The position numbers and the translations under genes were made by a program. 64,000 nucleotides of DNA from Takakia lepidozioides. Taxonomy: Eukaryota > Plantae > Bryophyta. This document shows, piece by piece, positions 36,900-49,659 of the stretch. The notes below the pieces were generated by a model. The model was not told where the DNA came from. It made no database searches and was given only the letters and a program-made list of their open reading frames with translations. The DNA is taken from assembly GCA_030704615.1 (NCBI GenBank), contig CM060734.1, positions 5,456,001-5,520,000 of the forward strand, in the 5' to 3' direction. Positions within the stretch are counted from its first letter, which is position 1. Each line of letters begins with the position of its first letter.

Positions 36900-39800
36900 A
36901 CTTTTCAAAAGTGGGAACAGTAAATCCAGTTGCAACATCTAACCAGCTCTATTTCGTAATGTTGACTGTCCCCACAGATACAATGTCAACCTTACACGTA
37001 AATGGTATCTCTCCACTAGCTTCAATGGCATCCTCTGACCGAGTAGCTCGACTCTCTAGGGCTTGCACTCTATCCGTAGACTCTTGGCCAACGAAAGAGA
37101 AAAGACCTGGTTCATCAGTGGCTCAAAGGTTTGGTATCTCCTCTTTAAAATTCTGGGCTCCATGGTACTCCACCTTCATGTCCCATTCCAACAACGTCTA
37201 GTACCTAAACATCGCAGTTATCACAATAATTGAAACCAAACCCCCTCACAGTAAGATATTTTGTTCTTAACCATGTGAACAGGTTTTCGCGGAGAATCCC
37301 CACCACCACACAACTGTCTCCCAACTCAAACATCGCAGTTGCACTCCCCAATAGAACAAGATCAACTTCTCCAACATGAGATGTGAACAGACACCCTGAT
37401 TATTTTAGTTCCCTCCTCAAATAGCCCAATTGCACCCACTCACCGGACAATCAACTTTTGAACGAGTTCACACCAAAGAGGAAATAAGCCTTTCTTGTGT
37501 TTGACAAGGAGAGAGATTTGTGCAATGGAAGAGCAAGCAGCGTATGCAACAAGCGGAAACATTGAACGTCGAAGTATGCTCCTACCTCTGCAGTGAGTTG
37601 ATTGGAGAAGTACAATGTCACATTCCCTCACCTGAATCAATTTCAACCTGAAAAGAAGAGACTCTAATTGTCAACTCTAGCCAAAGAGCAATTTTATTTA
37701 ACGTCATATTTCCCTCATCCAAATCAATTCAACCTGAAAACAAAGAGACTCTCATCATCAACTCAGCCAAAGAGCACTTTTACTTACATCTTACAAAGCT
37801 AAAAATAGTAGTCTGTTCTTTAAAGAGTATACAAAACCATCATAGTAAAGATTTTACTAACACTCAAGGAAGAACACCATAGAGAACCACTTACCTCTCT
37901 TGCATGCTCATGTAGTTGTATATCCACACTGCCTCCCTTCGTCAAAAATCTTGCCTTCCTGGAGTAAACCAAAATGTCAAAAACGTTTTTGATACGATTT
38001 GTCTAGTGAGTCCATACTACTGACGATTATGTGATATTGCACATGATAGCAAAGGCCAAAATTAGTTCCAAGATGGCATTAAATAAGACAGACTATGACA
38101 AACAACAACATATCACTTTTTATATTTGATAATGAAACATGAGGGAATGAACCCTACTAGATGTGGTTACATCGAGGCCCAACAAGGGCGGCCCAGTAAA
38201 ATCTACATGTGCATCTAGGGCATACACATGTTTTGAACGAAACACAGCTGGAGGAGATTCAATTCTGTTTTGGGGCTAGAACTCACCCATCAATTCCACT
38301 CACATTGACAGTTCCACCTTCTGTTGAAACCTGTAAAACAAAATGAATTATGAGAACCATAGTTGTGCTAGATATGGAAAATGTGAAGAAGTCAAGGATT
38401 CTCTTCATACCCACCGTTAACACTCCCCCTTCTCTTCTTCCTTTGGACATTTGGCCCTTCAATATGACTGCCATACTCACTGGGCTATAGCAGCAATGTT
38501 GAAATCAACATTGTTTAAACCAGCTTATAAATCAACCTGAACTTCTTCCTCCCCGCTAAAAGCAATTTCTCAATCAGGTGCAGGGTTGACCATAACTAAC
38601 AAATGTGTACACTGCACTGGGTGGTTCCTAGGGGCGGGTTTCCTTATAGTTTTCGATCTTCTGCATAATAGATTGCTGGCAAGAAAAGACCACCTAGATA
38701 CTGAACAGTGGTCCATTGAGAGTTGCTCTCAAGTTAAAGTGGGGCCTCACTAATTGAGCACCCATTTGGTGATACACACAGCATTAAGGTCCTTAAGAAC
38801 CTTCCCTCTCAGCGACATGAAATACGCACAAGAGCCAAATGCTCCGCTTGAATATGTTTTGCCCCCACCGAGCCACCGCTAGATGTCAATCGTACATCTG
38901 TACATAGAAGATTGTACATTAGTGCACCGCCATGTTTGTAGAATGTGTGCTCACAAAGAAACGTGGTAGAGGGCAGAACATAAGCAGGTTGCAAATGACA
39001 AGGGGGAGGTTAGGTTTTGACCGTTGCTGTATAATGAGCCAATCCTGATGTCACCTCCACCAGTTTCCAAGTCTATGCTTGTGCCCACCAGTTTGTCAAT
39101 TGACACATCACCTCCACCTGTCCTTACTACAGAATCTGCTGACACCTGTGATAACACACACTTCCAGTTGTTAAAGCATACTGTTGCCGTCCTAAGTGTT
39201 TTTTCACAATACTACAGGCATTCAGATGTTCCCATGGAGCGAAAACGCAGCCACCATACAGGTGGCAGGCTTTGTTCTGCCTATAAAGGGATAGAGACAT
39301 GTGCATTAAAAAGCATGTGCTTAATAGCCAAATCCACTAGGTATATAACCTGTTACTGTCATAAAATGCATTCAGTTATAGCCCCATCAATGTCCTTGGC
39401 CCATTATTTTTGCAATAGGTGTGGTACTACAATCTACACAATGGACATCCAAAGATAAGTTGGTAGCTTCAGAACTAGCAAAGCTGAATGTACCGCTCGC
39501 GCCGTAAAAGAACCTCCATTGGAATCAATGCATGCCGTGCTTCCCTTCAGCTCCCCTTACAAAAACGAGTTGGCACACATGAGTGCTCATATCATCCACT
39601 ACCAAATGATTCACCAAAAACTTCACAAATGTGAAGTAAAACATTTCATGTCTCAGGATTTGGCTAACCTCAGAGCCTTTACTCACTGTGCTCAATACAC
39701 CAAAAGGCTTACTGAGTGTAATGTCTCCCCCCAGAGTTTTCACACTCAGACTTCCTTCCCGCTGCATCATAATTAATAAACAAGGCCTTCAACAACCATG

Positions 39801-41110
39801 CAACTAAGACAGAATTAGTCAGCTGACCTCTCTTACAGACGAAAGACCTGTAAGGACAGCACGATCTCTGTGCAAAAGAACAAGATGCCAATCTTTTCTA
39901 ACCATAACTGAGATAGCACACTCCCACCCTAGAGAAGAAGTATACTTTACAACAGTGCATTCAATTACTTACTCTACTGACTTACTACACCACATTCGAC
40001 ACCTCACCAGGTGTCTAAAACTTGTTTCTGAAATGACTCTTTCTGACTCATATTGGTCCTCTTTCCATTATTTATGCGTCAACCTAACTTTGCAATGGTC
40101 TACCTTGCATTGGCGCATTGAGTACGGACTAATTGCAGTGAATCATGTATGTTTAATGTATGGATCATCCAGAAGATATTCTACTGCTCACTACTCTGCA
40201 GAATTGAGAGAAAGAAGCTGAGAGTGAACCAGGCTCTGGATTTGAACAGGGCAATGCCCAGCCTCCACAGCTAGGCTGCACCACCGTGCAGGTATAACTG
40301 TCCTCACTGCAATCGGGCCTTCTGTGCTCGCTGCAAGCTTCCTTACCCCTTCCCCAGCACATTGTTTTTCTTATCTAAAGAAAGTTTGATTGATAACCAC
40401 TTGCCAACCTTGCCTCTGCAGGGTAGTAATAACTGTAAGACTCAAGAGCTAAGGGTCATTAATTTTGCATTAGGCAGGTCCAATCTCTCCAATTATTTGC
40501 TGTGACAGCACAAGAAAAGCAGATACTACGTACTATGTTGTGGCATGTACTTGGGCTGTGGGTGGTCCATGACAGCTCTGGGTGATCAGTATTAACATGC
40601 TTTGCAATAAACTTCCCAAACTAGTGGGATCTTATCAGACTTTAAGAAGAAACTCACAGACAATATTTTGCGCGGTAGAAATATTCAGGAAAGTCCAGTC
40701 ACCGTCTGCAATCCCTGCCTTCTTATGAACCTGCAAGCATCAATTGGTCGTGCAAGAGCTCAGCACCATGAAATAGTTAATAAATGTTTGCTAGGCCAGC
40801 ATCCATGCAAGATGCCCCCCCTGCTTGCAAGCCATTCACAAATCTTCCAGCAAGTTGTTGAAGACCTACGTTTCTAGACTGTAAATCTTTGTACAAGTAC
40901 GGAACTCTTAAATGATATTGTTTTGAAGTAAGAACTTCGAACCCAATGCTATATAGGTGTTATACCACCAAAGTCATTCATGTAAAAGAAGGAGGTGGGC
41001 TTCATACCTCAAAAACAATTCCTTCCAGGCTGTCCCCTACGCTTACATCCACACCGACATCTGTTCCAAACAAATCTATCTGTACCATGTTTCAGCAGAC
41101 TACTTAGCTT
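36900..41110 (-). pseudogene. Multi-exon FAM185A-like / DUF4097 beta-strand-repeat protein, probably a pseudogene
   Basis: Exons flanked by GT-AG encode repeated TxGGxVx motifs: LSVKTLGGDIT, VRTGGGDVSIDKLVGTSIDLETGGGDIRIGSL, RLTSSGGSV, STEGGTVNVSGIDG, FLTKGGSVDI. The last exon (..GTVNITK*SWLD) has in-frame TGA/TAG stops. The 5' exons are uncertain. Confidence 0.6.
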
Positions 41111-41954
41111 CAAGCACCATACATAGGATGGAAAACTGTTAGCCATTAGTCTTGGCAAACAATCCTATGAAAGTGTGCACCTTCCATGACTTGATATGGG
41201 ATCAACACAAGAGTTTTGTAGTCGATGTGTGTATAATGTACCAGAACTGAATTGAGCACAGATTCCTGTAGGCAACCGTAACCACCATGTGCTCGATAAT
41301 TCCATATCACAGGCTGAAATGATTGAGATTCCCATTCTTGCAAAGCAGAGTACATACATCTGAGGGTAAGGACCAAATGGGTTTCATTGCATAATGCTCT
41401 CTGTCCAGACATATAGAAATTTCAGTCTCTGGAGTAGATCCTGGCAGATCTCAGGGCGACTTCTGGCTTGGCGTGACCGCTCTACCAATTATGCAAATCT
41501 ATTCAATAAAGAAAGAATAGATTCTCAATCGTGGAGGATACCTTCAAGAGAGCTCCAACCGTGACTGGATTCGCCTGACTATGGGCTGGGCAGCCTCAAC
41601 CTGCATGTCCATGCTTGTGCTTAGGAGCCGCCTGCTCCTGTCCATTGCTGGAATCGTGGAATTGGTAAGTCTGGACAGAAATTCTGAGGACGCCAAAAAG
41701 GCTTTCACCTATTTATTGGGCATTTATGGTCTCCATCTCTATTCCAGCTTCAGACAGTCGGACGTACAGTTCATTTAGGGAAGCCTGCTCGTGTTTAAAA
41801 AATGAGGGCTTCTGCTAGGTGAACGGGTGGGACTCAATCACCCCTAGCAACTTAATTTTGTAACCATGCAGCTGCTCCTCTCGTGGAGGAGACATACCGG
41901 CGGTGTCCCATTGCATTGTATGACTACAGCTTCTGATCCTCCAAACGGATTGTC

Positions 41955-42325
41955 GGCCCCAACCTGGGAAAATGGCGCCGAATTTCCAGTTGAGGGCCCC
42001 GAAAATGGCTAGGTCCGTGGGGGTGGCTGGCACTGAATCCAGAAATTCGGCGCCATTTTTCCAGCTCAGGGCAAAGTCAGCTATGGGACTTAGCCATTTT
42101 CGGGCCCAACCTGGGAAAATGGCGCCAAATATCCAGTGTGGGTCCCGAAAATGGCTGTCCCAGAGCTGGCAGGCACCGAAACAGGAAATTCGGCGCCATT
42201 TTTCCAGTTCCGGGCCAGTGAGTTCTGGGACTTAGGAATATTCGGCCCCAACCTGGGAAAATGGCGCCGGTTTTCAGTGCAGGGCCCGAAAATGGCTAAG
42301 TCCCTACAGTGGCAGGCACCAGTGA
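41955..42325. repeat. ~145 bp tandem repeat, about 2.5-3 copies
   Basis: ggcccaacctgggaaaatggcgcc occurs at ~41955, 42102 and 42244. Confidence 0.85.
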
Positions 42326-43129
42326 CCAGGGTAGTGAACAGGGTAATTGCATTCCCATTGAATCAACCTTATCGCAGCAAGACTACACTTGACACATCCC
42401 CACTTCACACCCCGCACCTGCACACCGGTCGATCCCTTGAAAATTGCATTAATGTAAGAGGTAAAGCCCTCGCCCTTGGACTTTCATGGATTTTCGACCC
42501 CCGCCCTGGGGACAGGCGCCTCGAATCCAGGAAAGTCCTCGGGCGAGGGCTTTACCTTTCGTAAAAAACGAAGCTGCCCGTTTTCGAGATTGCCCGTTTC
42601 TCCTCTGCGTTGCCACTAGGGTTTCATTGTAGCTCGCTGCCCAAGTTTGAAAATCGTCTGCCCAATATTAAGAGTAATAGATCCATAAAATATTCCAGCC
42701 TGGAAGGGCACAGATTCCATAATCTGGGATTACAGCCTCCATCCTGGGGCAAAAACCTGTAATGAAGTGTGAGGGAAAATTCCTCTCAGGGAAGCCCTAA
42801 TTTTAACAAAGCCAAAAAATCTGAAGGTTTTTACGTATAGGGTAATGCCCTGAGTGGAGGGCATTAACGGATTTAAGGCCTCACGCAGAGGGCGATAGCC
42901 CGAGGGGAAGGCCTGAAAATCCGGTAATGCCCGACACGAGGGGCATTACCCTGCGTAAAGACCAAGGCTGATTTCTTTTTCATTCCATCATTTTTTATCT
43001 TTTTGCCCGTGGCAAGTGGGAACCTGGAAAAGATTTTGGATATAGAGATAAGGAAATATGGGAGGTGTGTAATGCACAAGCGTGACGTGCACCGTGCATT
43101 ACACGCTCGCACACCTGCGACATGTGGTT

Positions 43130-44380
43130 GGTTGTTCGCTTGCCCCGGATTTTCGGTAGCCACGTCGTAACAACGGTGGGATGTGCCCGCCCCCTCCATG
43201 TCTTCAAGCCAAAACCGGCTCGCCCATTGCCCTAAACTTTTGCTTTTCCCTTTGCCTTTCCCTGCCCGAACCTTGCACACACTTCCCCATTATGCAATTT
43301 GGGGGAATGATAAGAACAACCTTCCAGAGGGTACTCTAATATTGCTAACTCTAACAAGGCTCATTTTCAGATTGAATATAAACCAAAAAAATTGTTTTAT
43401 CTTACATAAGGTTGTTTTTATCATTCAGTCTTGTTTGATGGGTACCTGCCGAAAGGTTGTTCCTAGTTTTTGAATATTCCTCAATGTTATTATACCCTCC
43501 AGAAGGTTGTGCTTGTCAATTTTTCAATTGAGTAGAATCTAAGCAAATATTTTTACTTTACAGAAGGTTATTTCTATCACTGAGTTATGTCGATGGATAC
43601 CTCCCGTAAGGTTGTTCATGTCAATTTTAGAATTGCTCAATCCAAACATATTGGTATACCCTATGGAAGATTGTTTCTATCATTTTTTAACTTACATAAT
43701 ATCCAAACAAATATGTTTAATACCTTATGGAAGGTTGTTTAATCAGGTCATGCGCAATGGATACCTTTCGGAAGGTTGTTCATGTCAAGTTTAAAATTGC
43801 TTAATCCAAATAATGTTAGAGTACCCTCTGGAAGGTTGTTGTGACTCATTTTTTAACTTGCATAAAATCCAAACAAATTTGTTTAATACCTTACGGAAGG
43901 TATCATTAGGTCATGCGCAATGTTGTTCATCTCAATTTTAAAATTGCTCTATCCAAACATATTGGTGTACCCTCCGGAAGATTGTTTAGCATCATTTTTT
44001 AACTTGCATAAAAATCTAAACAAATATGTTTAATACCTTACGGATGGTTGTTCCTACCATGAGGTCAAGCGTGATGGATACCTTGTTCATGTCAAGTTTA
44101 AAATTGTTTAATCCAAATAATATTGGAGTACCCTCTGGAAGGTTGTTCTTACTATTCCTCCAAATTGCGTGCAAGGTCCGGGCATACAAGGTCTGGGCAG
44201 GGAAAGGCAAAGGGAAAAACAAAAGCTTAGGGCAATGCAGCTTTGGCGAGCTACATGAATACATGGAGGGGGCGGGCCCACATGTGTGGCCAGGCGTGTG
44301 AAGCCTCCGGAGGTGCGCGGCTGGGGGAGCCAGCGTCATTACGACATGGCTACCGAAAATTCGCAGGCGTGAGCTACCTC
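43130..44380. mobile_element. Non-autonomous foldback/MULE-like DNA transposon with ~210-250 bp imperfect terminal inverted repeats
   Basis: 43135-43345 is the reverse complement of 44118-44372 (e.g. ttttccctttgcctttccctgccc vs gggcagggaaaggcaaagggaaaa). The interior consists of repeats of taccctctggaaggttgtt. No TSD was identified. Confidence 0.75.
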
Positions 44381-46300
44381 CTTGGTCATTTGATTCTCAC
44401 TTCCTTTCTCTACTGCAAACAGCAGTTGCCCGAGATTGCAGGGAAGCGTGAGACTACAATGGATTCTCTGCTTTCCTTCTTTGGGTGTCTCGTGTCTTCC
44501 CTTTGCACAGCCCATCATCATACTCTCACGGAATATTTAATATTCTCTACATGAATAGATTTATGCTTGGATGATCAGATGCTCTGGGGTTCAAATCCTG
44601 CTTGCTTGCTTGCTTCCCCAGAAAAGCACAGTGCCCACATGTATGTTCATGTTTACACTTGAGACTCTCGAGTCATGTTCTCAAAGCAGGAGAACAATTG
44701 TTTGCTTGCCGAGATATAATGTAGCGGACGAGAGAGAGAGATGTGCAGACAGTAGTAGTCCTTGCCGAAAAATCACACAAGCAGAAGCTTCAATTATAAT
44801 GGCCACTGTTTCGAACTTCTTCCGAAGGAGGGACGTGAGAGGCTGCTAAAGATGACTACCAGAATAATGGGTTGTGTGAGCTTAGGCAATGGGGTGGTGG
44901 CAGCGTGCTCCGGCGCTCTTGCGGTCGCAGAGAGAGGCCATACCCAAGGATGTGTTTTTGCTTTGCTGTGAGCGGGCGGCTCACGTCGTCCAGCAGATTG
45001 ACGGAGAGGTCTGTGGAGCAGGAATGGGCATCCACTGGGCGATGTCATTAGCGACACCCTTACAAATGATGGGGATGACTCCGCTGCAGCCTCTCCAGGG
45101 CAACCGAAGAAGGGTATAAACCTGTGACTCTTCACCTATTTTGTGTGTATCTTTCAACTCTGTGCGTCGGAACGATCCATTCTTCATATTGTGTCGTTTG
45201 TTCATTACAGCCAAAACTACTACCAAGTTGGTCGAAGAAGTTGACTTTATATATACAATGACGTTGAGGAACGTGGGTGGAATCGACACCCTTGCTCGCC
45301 TTGGATGAGGTCCTATAGTATACATCGAATCTTGTATTTCTTCTCTCGACAGTTATATCGCATGAGAGGAAGAGAGAGAGAAATTGACATGTGTAGTTAC
45401 CAGAGGCACATGTGGTAGTCCCTCTGAAGCAGTGCAGAGCTTCAATTGTTAGACACATTGAAGGATGGTAAGGGGAGATAGATGTAGTGGTTGACCATTC
45501 CCTGTAAATGCGACATTGGCTGGAAAGGGTCCCAGAGCCAGAGTTTGTACCCGAGAACTCAGAGTTGATTCTGACACTGCGAATTTAGCCCCAAATCTGG
45601 CACATAATTGGGCTCTGATACTGCTAGTTTCAGAGTTGAGTTTGACATTGGGATTGGGGCAGTCAGAAGGTGGTTAAGTATTCATAATTCTTGCAGTTCT
45701 TGCTCTCAGGTCAAGCAATGAGCAAAACACTGCTGTGGCAGGAGTTCTTCTCAGATCCTTCACAGTGGTGAGACAACCGGTTTGATAAGGTGAGGTTATT
45801 TTCACTCATGATGTGAAGTCAAGGAGGGTTTGTTACTGAAGCTGGAATGGGGATGTATGAAGGTCATTCCCTGTAAATTGAAAAATGCTTGGAGCTTTGA
45901 GGGTTCCAGCGTGGTCTGTGCAAGGCCGCAGTTAAAGGTTTGGCTGCTCACTGGTGGTTTTCACAGAAAAGTCAAAGATCTCCAGACTTCAGACATAAGC
46001 GCACAAACAAAGTCGTTTGGATTGAGGGCTGGTCAAACCCACATTGGGTTAAAACAAAGCTTTCTGCCATATAACAAGGTCCAGCACAATCTGATGCCAG
46101 TGAACAACATGGAGCTCCAGTCGGAGACATGTATTGTTTGATAGTGAGTTTGGGGTTTCAACTCAAACACATACAATCAGTACAGATTTTTGTGTCATTT
46201 TACGTGAGTTTAGTGTTAATGTTTTGTAACTAAGAGTTTTTAGTTATTCAGGATTGCAGGGTTGAATCTGGCTCCATCATGTGAGTCAAGCTCCTCCACA

Positions 46301-48300
46301 ATGACTATTGATTCTGAAAGAGGAGCAAGTGAGGTCAGCAAGTACTTGTCTGGAACTCTTGGGGACGTGAAGACACTATGTAAGCAAGGACAACTCAAAG
46401 AGGCTCTACACATTTTGGACCAACGAGGCATTTCATTGGTCTCCAATACTTACATCTTCCTCTTGCAGGAGTGCATCAAAACTAAAGACCTGGAAATGGG
46501 AAAGCAGGTGCACTCCCACATTATCCAAAGTGGATTCAAGCCAAACATATTTTTATTCAATATCCTTCTTAACATGTATAGCAAGGGTGGGAGAGTGGTA
46601 GAGGCCCGCCAAGTGTTTGACAAAATGCCTGAACGAGATTTGTTCACATGGAATATAATGATAGCAGCATATGCCAAGCATGGGTGTGGTAGGGAGGCTT
46701 TTGAGATCTATGAGCAGATGATACATGAAGGGCAGATGCCAAACGGGGTAACGTTCACAAGTGTTCTCAATGCATGTGCAAGCCTAGGAGCCCTGGAAAA
46801 AGGCAAAGAGATCCATGCTAACATTATGAAAGCCGGAATTGCACCAGATATCATTCTGGGGACTGCCCTTGGCGATATGTATGCCAAATGTGGGAGCGTA
46901 AAGGATGCACGTCAGGTGTTAGACAAAATGGCTAAACGTGATTTGGTCTCCTGGAATGCCATGATTGCAGGATATGCTCAGAATGGATGTGGAAAGGGGG
47001 CTTTCGAGATTTACGAGCAAATGATAGTCGAAGGGGTCACTCCCAACAAGGTGACATTCATTTGCATCCTGGATGCATGTGGCAGCCTATCAGCCCTGGA
47101 AAAGGGTAAAGAGGTTCATGCTCACATCATCAAATCTGGAACTGAACCAGATATCATGCTGGAGACTGCACTTATTGAAATGTATGCCAAATGCCGAAGT
47201 ATGAAGGATGCACATCAAGTGTTTGAAAAGATGACTCGACAAGATGTGGTCTCATGGAGTGCAATGATAGCAGGATATGCTCAGCATGGATGTGGTAGGG
47301 AGGCTTTGGAGGTGTATGAGCAAATGCAACGGGAAGAGGTGACACCTGATAGGATCACATTCATTTGTGTTCTCAATGCATGTGCCAGCCTGGCAGCCCT
47401 TGAAAAGGGCAAAGAGGTTCATACTGATATTACCAAGGCTGGCATTGCGCCAGATATCATTCTCGAGACTGCACTTACTAACATGTATGCCAAATGTGGG
47501 TGTGTAAAAGATGCACGTCAAGTGTTTAACAGTATGCCTCAACGAAGTATGGTCTCATGGAATGCAATGATTGCAGGTTATGCTCAACATGGGTTTGGTA
47601 TGGAGGCTGTTGAAATATTTGAGCAAATGCAACAGGAAGGCTTGAAGCCAGACAGTATCACATATATAGCCTCACTCCTACAGTGGAGCATTGTAGCTGC
47701 ATGGTGGGCCTTCTTGGGCGTGTAGGGCATTTTAATGAGGCAGAGGAGTTCATCAACAAAATGCCAACCCAACCAGGTGTGGAGGTGTGGGGGGCCTTGC
47801 TTGGTGCCTGCAGAATTCATGGCAATGTGGAGCTAGCAGAACGTGCAGCAGAATGTGTTCTCAAGTTGGATCCAGATGACATTGGAACTTATGTGCTTCT
47901 ATCCAACATTTATGCTGCAGCAGGCAGGTGGGACGATCAAGGAAAGGTGAGAGAAGTGATGGTGGGCAGAGGGTGCATACATTCATCATAGAAGATGAAT
48001 TGCATCCCAGTTTAGAGAAATCTATGCTGAGCTGAAGTGATATGTTGGCAGATGAAGGAGGTCAGGTACATTCCAGACATGCACTTTCTATTGCATGATA
48101 TGAAGGATGAAAAGCAGTTTTGTGTGTCCAGTCACCACAGTGAGAGACAAGCATTGCTGTAGGCTCATCAGCATGCCCTCAAGATACCTATTCAGGGCCA
48201 CAAAGTTCATCTCAAAGATTGTTGGACGCGCAGCTGTGGCGATCGCAACCCCTTTTACCACTGCCAAAATGGGATTCGGTCTTGTGGGAATCTCTGGTGA
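46301..48300 (+). pseudogene. PLS-class PPR protein with E and degenerate DYW deaminase domain (RNA-editing factor type), disrupted
   Basis: About four P-L-S triplets (MYAKCG..DARQVF..D.VSWNAMIAGYAQHG). A deletion/frameshift follows KPDSITYI (~47670). The E domain (VWGALLGACRIHGN, YVLLSNIYA) is followed by HHSER and ..HCQNGIRSCGNLW* with stops, and the CxxC is lost. Confidence 0.9.
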
Positions 48301-48807
48301 AACAAGCGGCATGCATGAAAGAAAGTGTGGTTAGGTAACACAATGAGGAATATAAAACAATGTCCAGACCTAAAGATGCTAAACAAGCTTGTGCATGACA
48401 AGGTTGACTCCTAATAAGGCTCAGGGAATCATGCTCACTTTCATTTCAAGGTTTGGAGGAGCCCTTCCATCCACACCAGAATCTGAATCACACTTTGATA
48501 TGTCTCCACCATTTCTGACTGTTACATGGACTGAATGTACCAGGGAATTATTGCTAATTCAAATTCCCCCACCCCCCTCCTCCCCTGCCCGCCCCTCCCG
48601 CTGCCCGCCCCCCCCCCACCCGGTTGACGTCCCCCGCCCCCTCACCCGCCCATCACCTCCTGCCATGTGGCGCCCCCTCCCCTCGATCCCCAGCACCTCC
48701 TACCCCCGCCACGTGGCATTTTGCCCGGCCCGATCCCTTGCCATGTGGTGTTCCCCCCCCCCCCCCCCCTCCCCTCGATCCCCCTCCCACCAACGACGCA
48801 ATCCCGT

Positions 48808-49313
48808 TGTCGTGCACCTAAGCATTGTGCCACAACATACATCGTTGTCTACCACACATTCTAAGCACACAATCTTAGAAAGTCATGCCACAATGATAAG
48901 AGATGAGAAAGGAGAGAAGTGGAAGACAATGAAAACTCTCTAAGCATGAATCAATCACACTAAGAACAAGCCTTAGTCCTTCCAAGTGAAATCCACTATC
49001 ACATAAACTAAGTCAAGCCAAGGGCACCTTTGCTAAAGGAATCCATCCTACAAAGCCCTCAACACACTCCCTCTCAATACCTAGAGCTATGGAGGTGAGA
49101 GAGGCTCATGGAGGCTCAACTACAAGAAGATGAGCCCTCCTCAACCCTCACAAGAGAAAAACCCATCCCCATGTCCCAAGTGAGGCTTGACACCTCACTT
49201 GACATATGAGACCAAATGAAGTTCCAACACACAAAATACAAATATAAATATCCAAAATATCCTAATTAACTAGAAGTAGGTAATTCTAGTTAACCCTGAC
49301 TAAAACCATGACA
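48808..49313. mobile_element. 506-bp LTR-like unit (TGTCGTG..CATGACA) abutting gypsy copy 2
   Basis: The first 85 bp match 16506-16590 and 49316-49400. The remaining ~420 bp match the right end of the 23912-26610 LTR-like sequence. Confidence 0.75.
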
Positions 49314-49659
49314 GATGTCGTGCACCTAAGCATCGTGCCACAACATACATCGCTGTCTACCACACATTCTAAGCACACAATCCTAGAAAGCTACGCCACA
49401 ATCACCCCCTTGGCTGGTGATTAGGTCCCTCTAACACCGGATAACTGACAAGTATCCATCTCAATAAGATCATCGTTTGGCCTTCAATCGCACATGTCCC
49501 AATTTTCTAAAGTCCATGGATCAAGAGGTCGGGTGCAAAGAGAGCCCCATCATTAGTCGTCTGTCTGCAATCCATGATCTTCAATTAAGTATCCATGGCG
49601 TTGAGCTCCCATCAGCTAGACCTTGGATCACTTGTCAACCTCACCATTGACATGCCCAT

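Noticed and set aside
48389-48943. Proline-rich 184-aa ORF
   Set aside because: It arises from poly-C low-complexity sequence running into the LTR-like unit.
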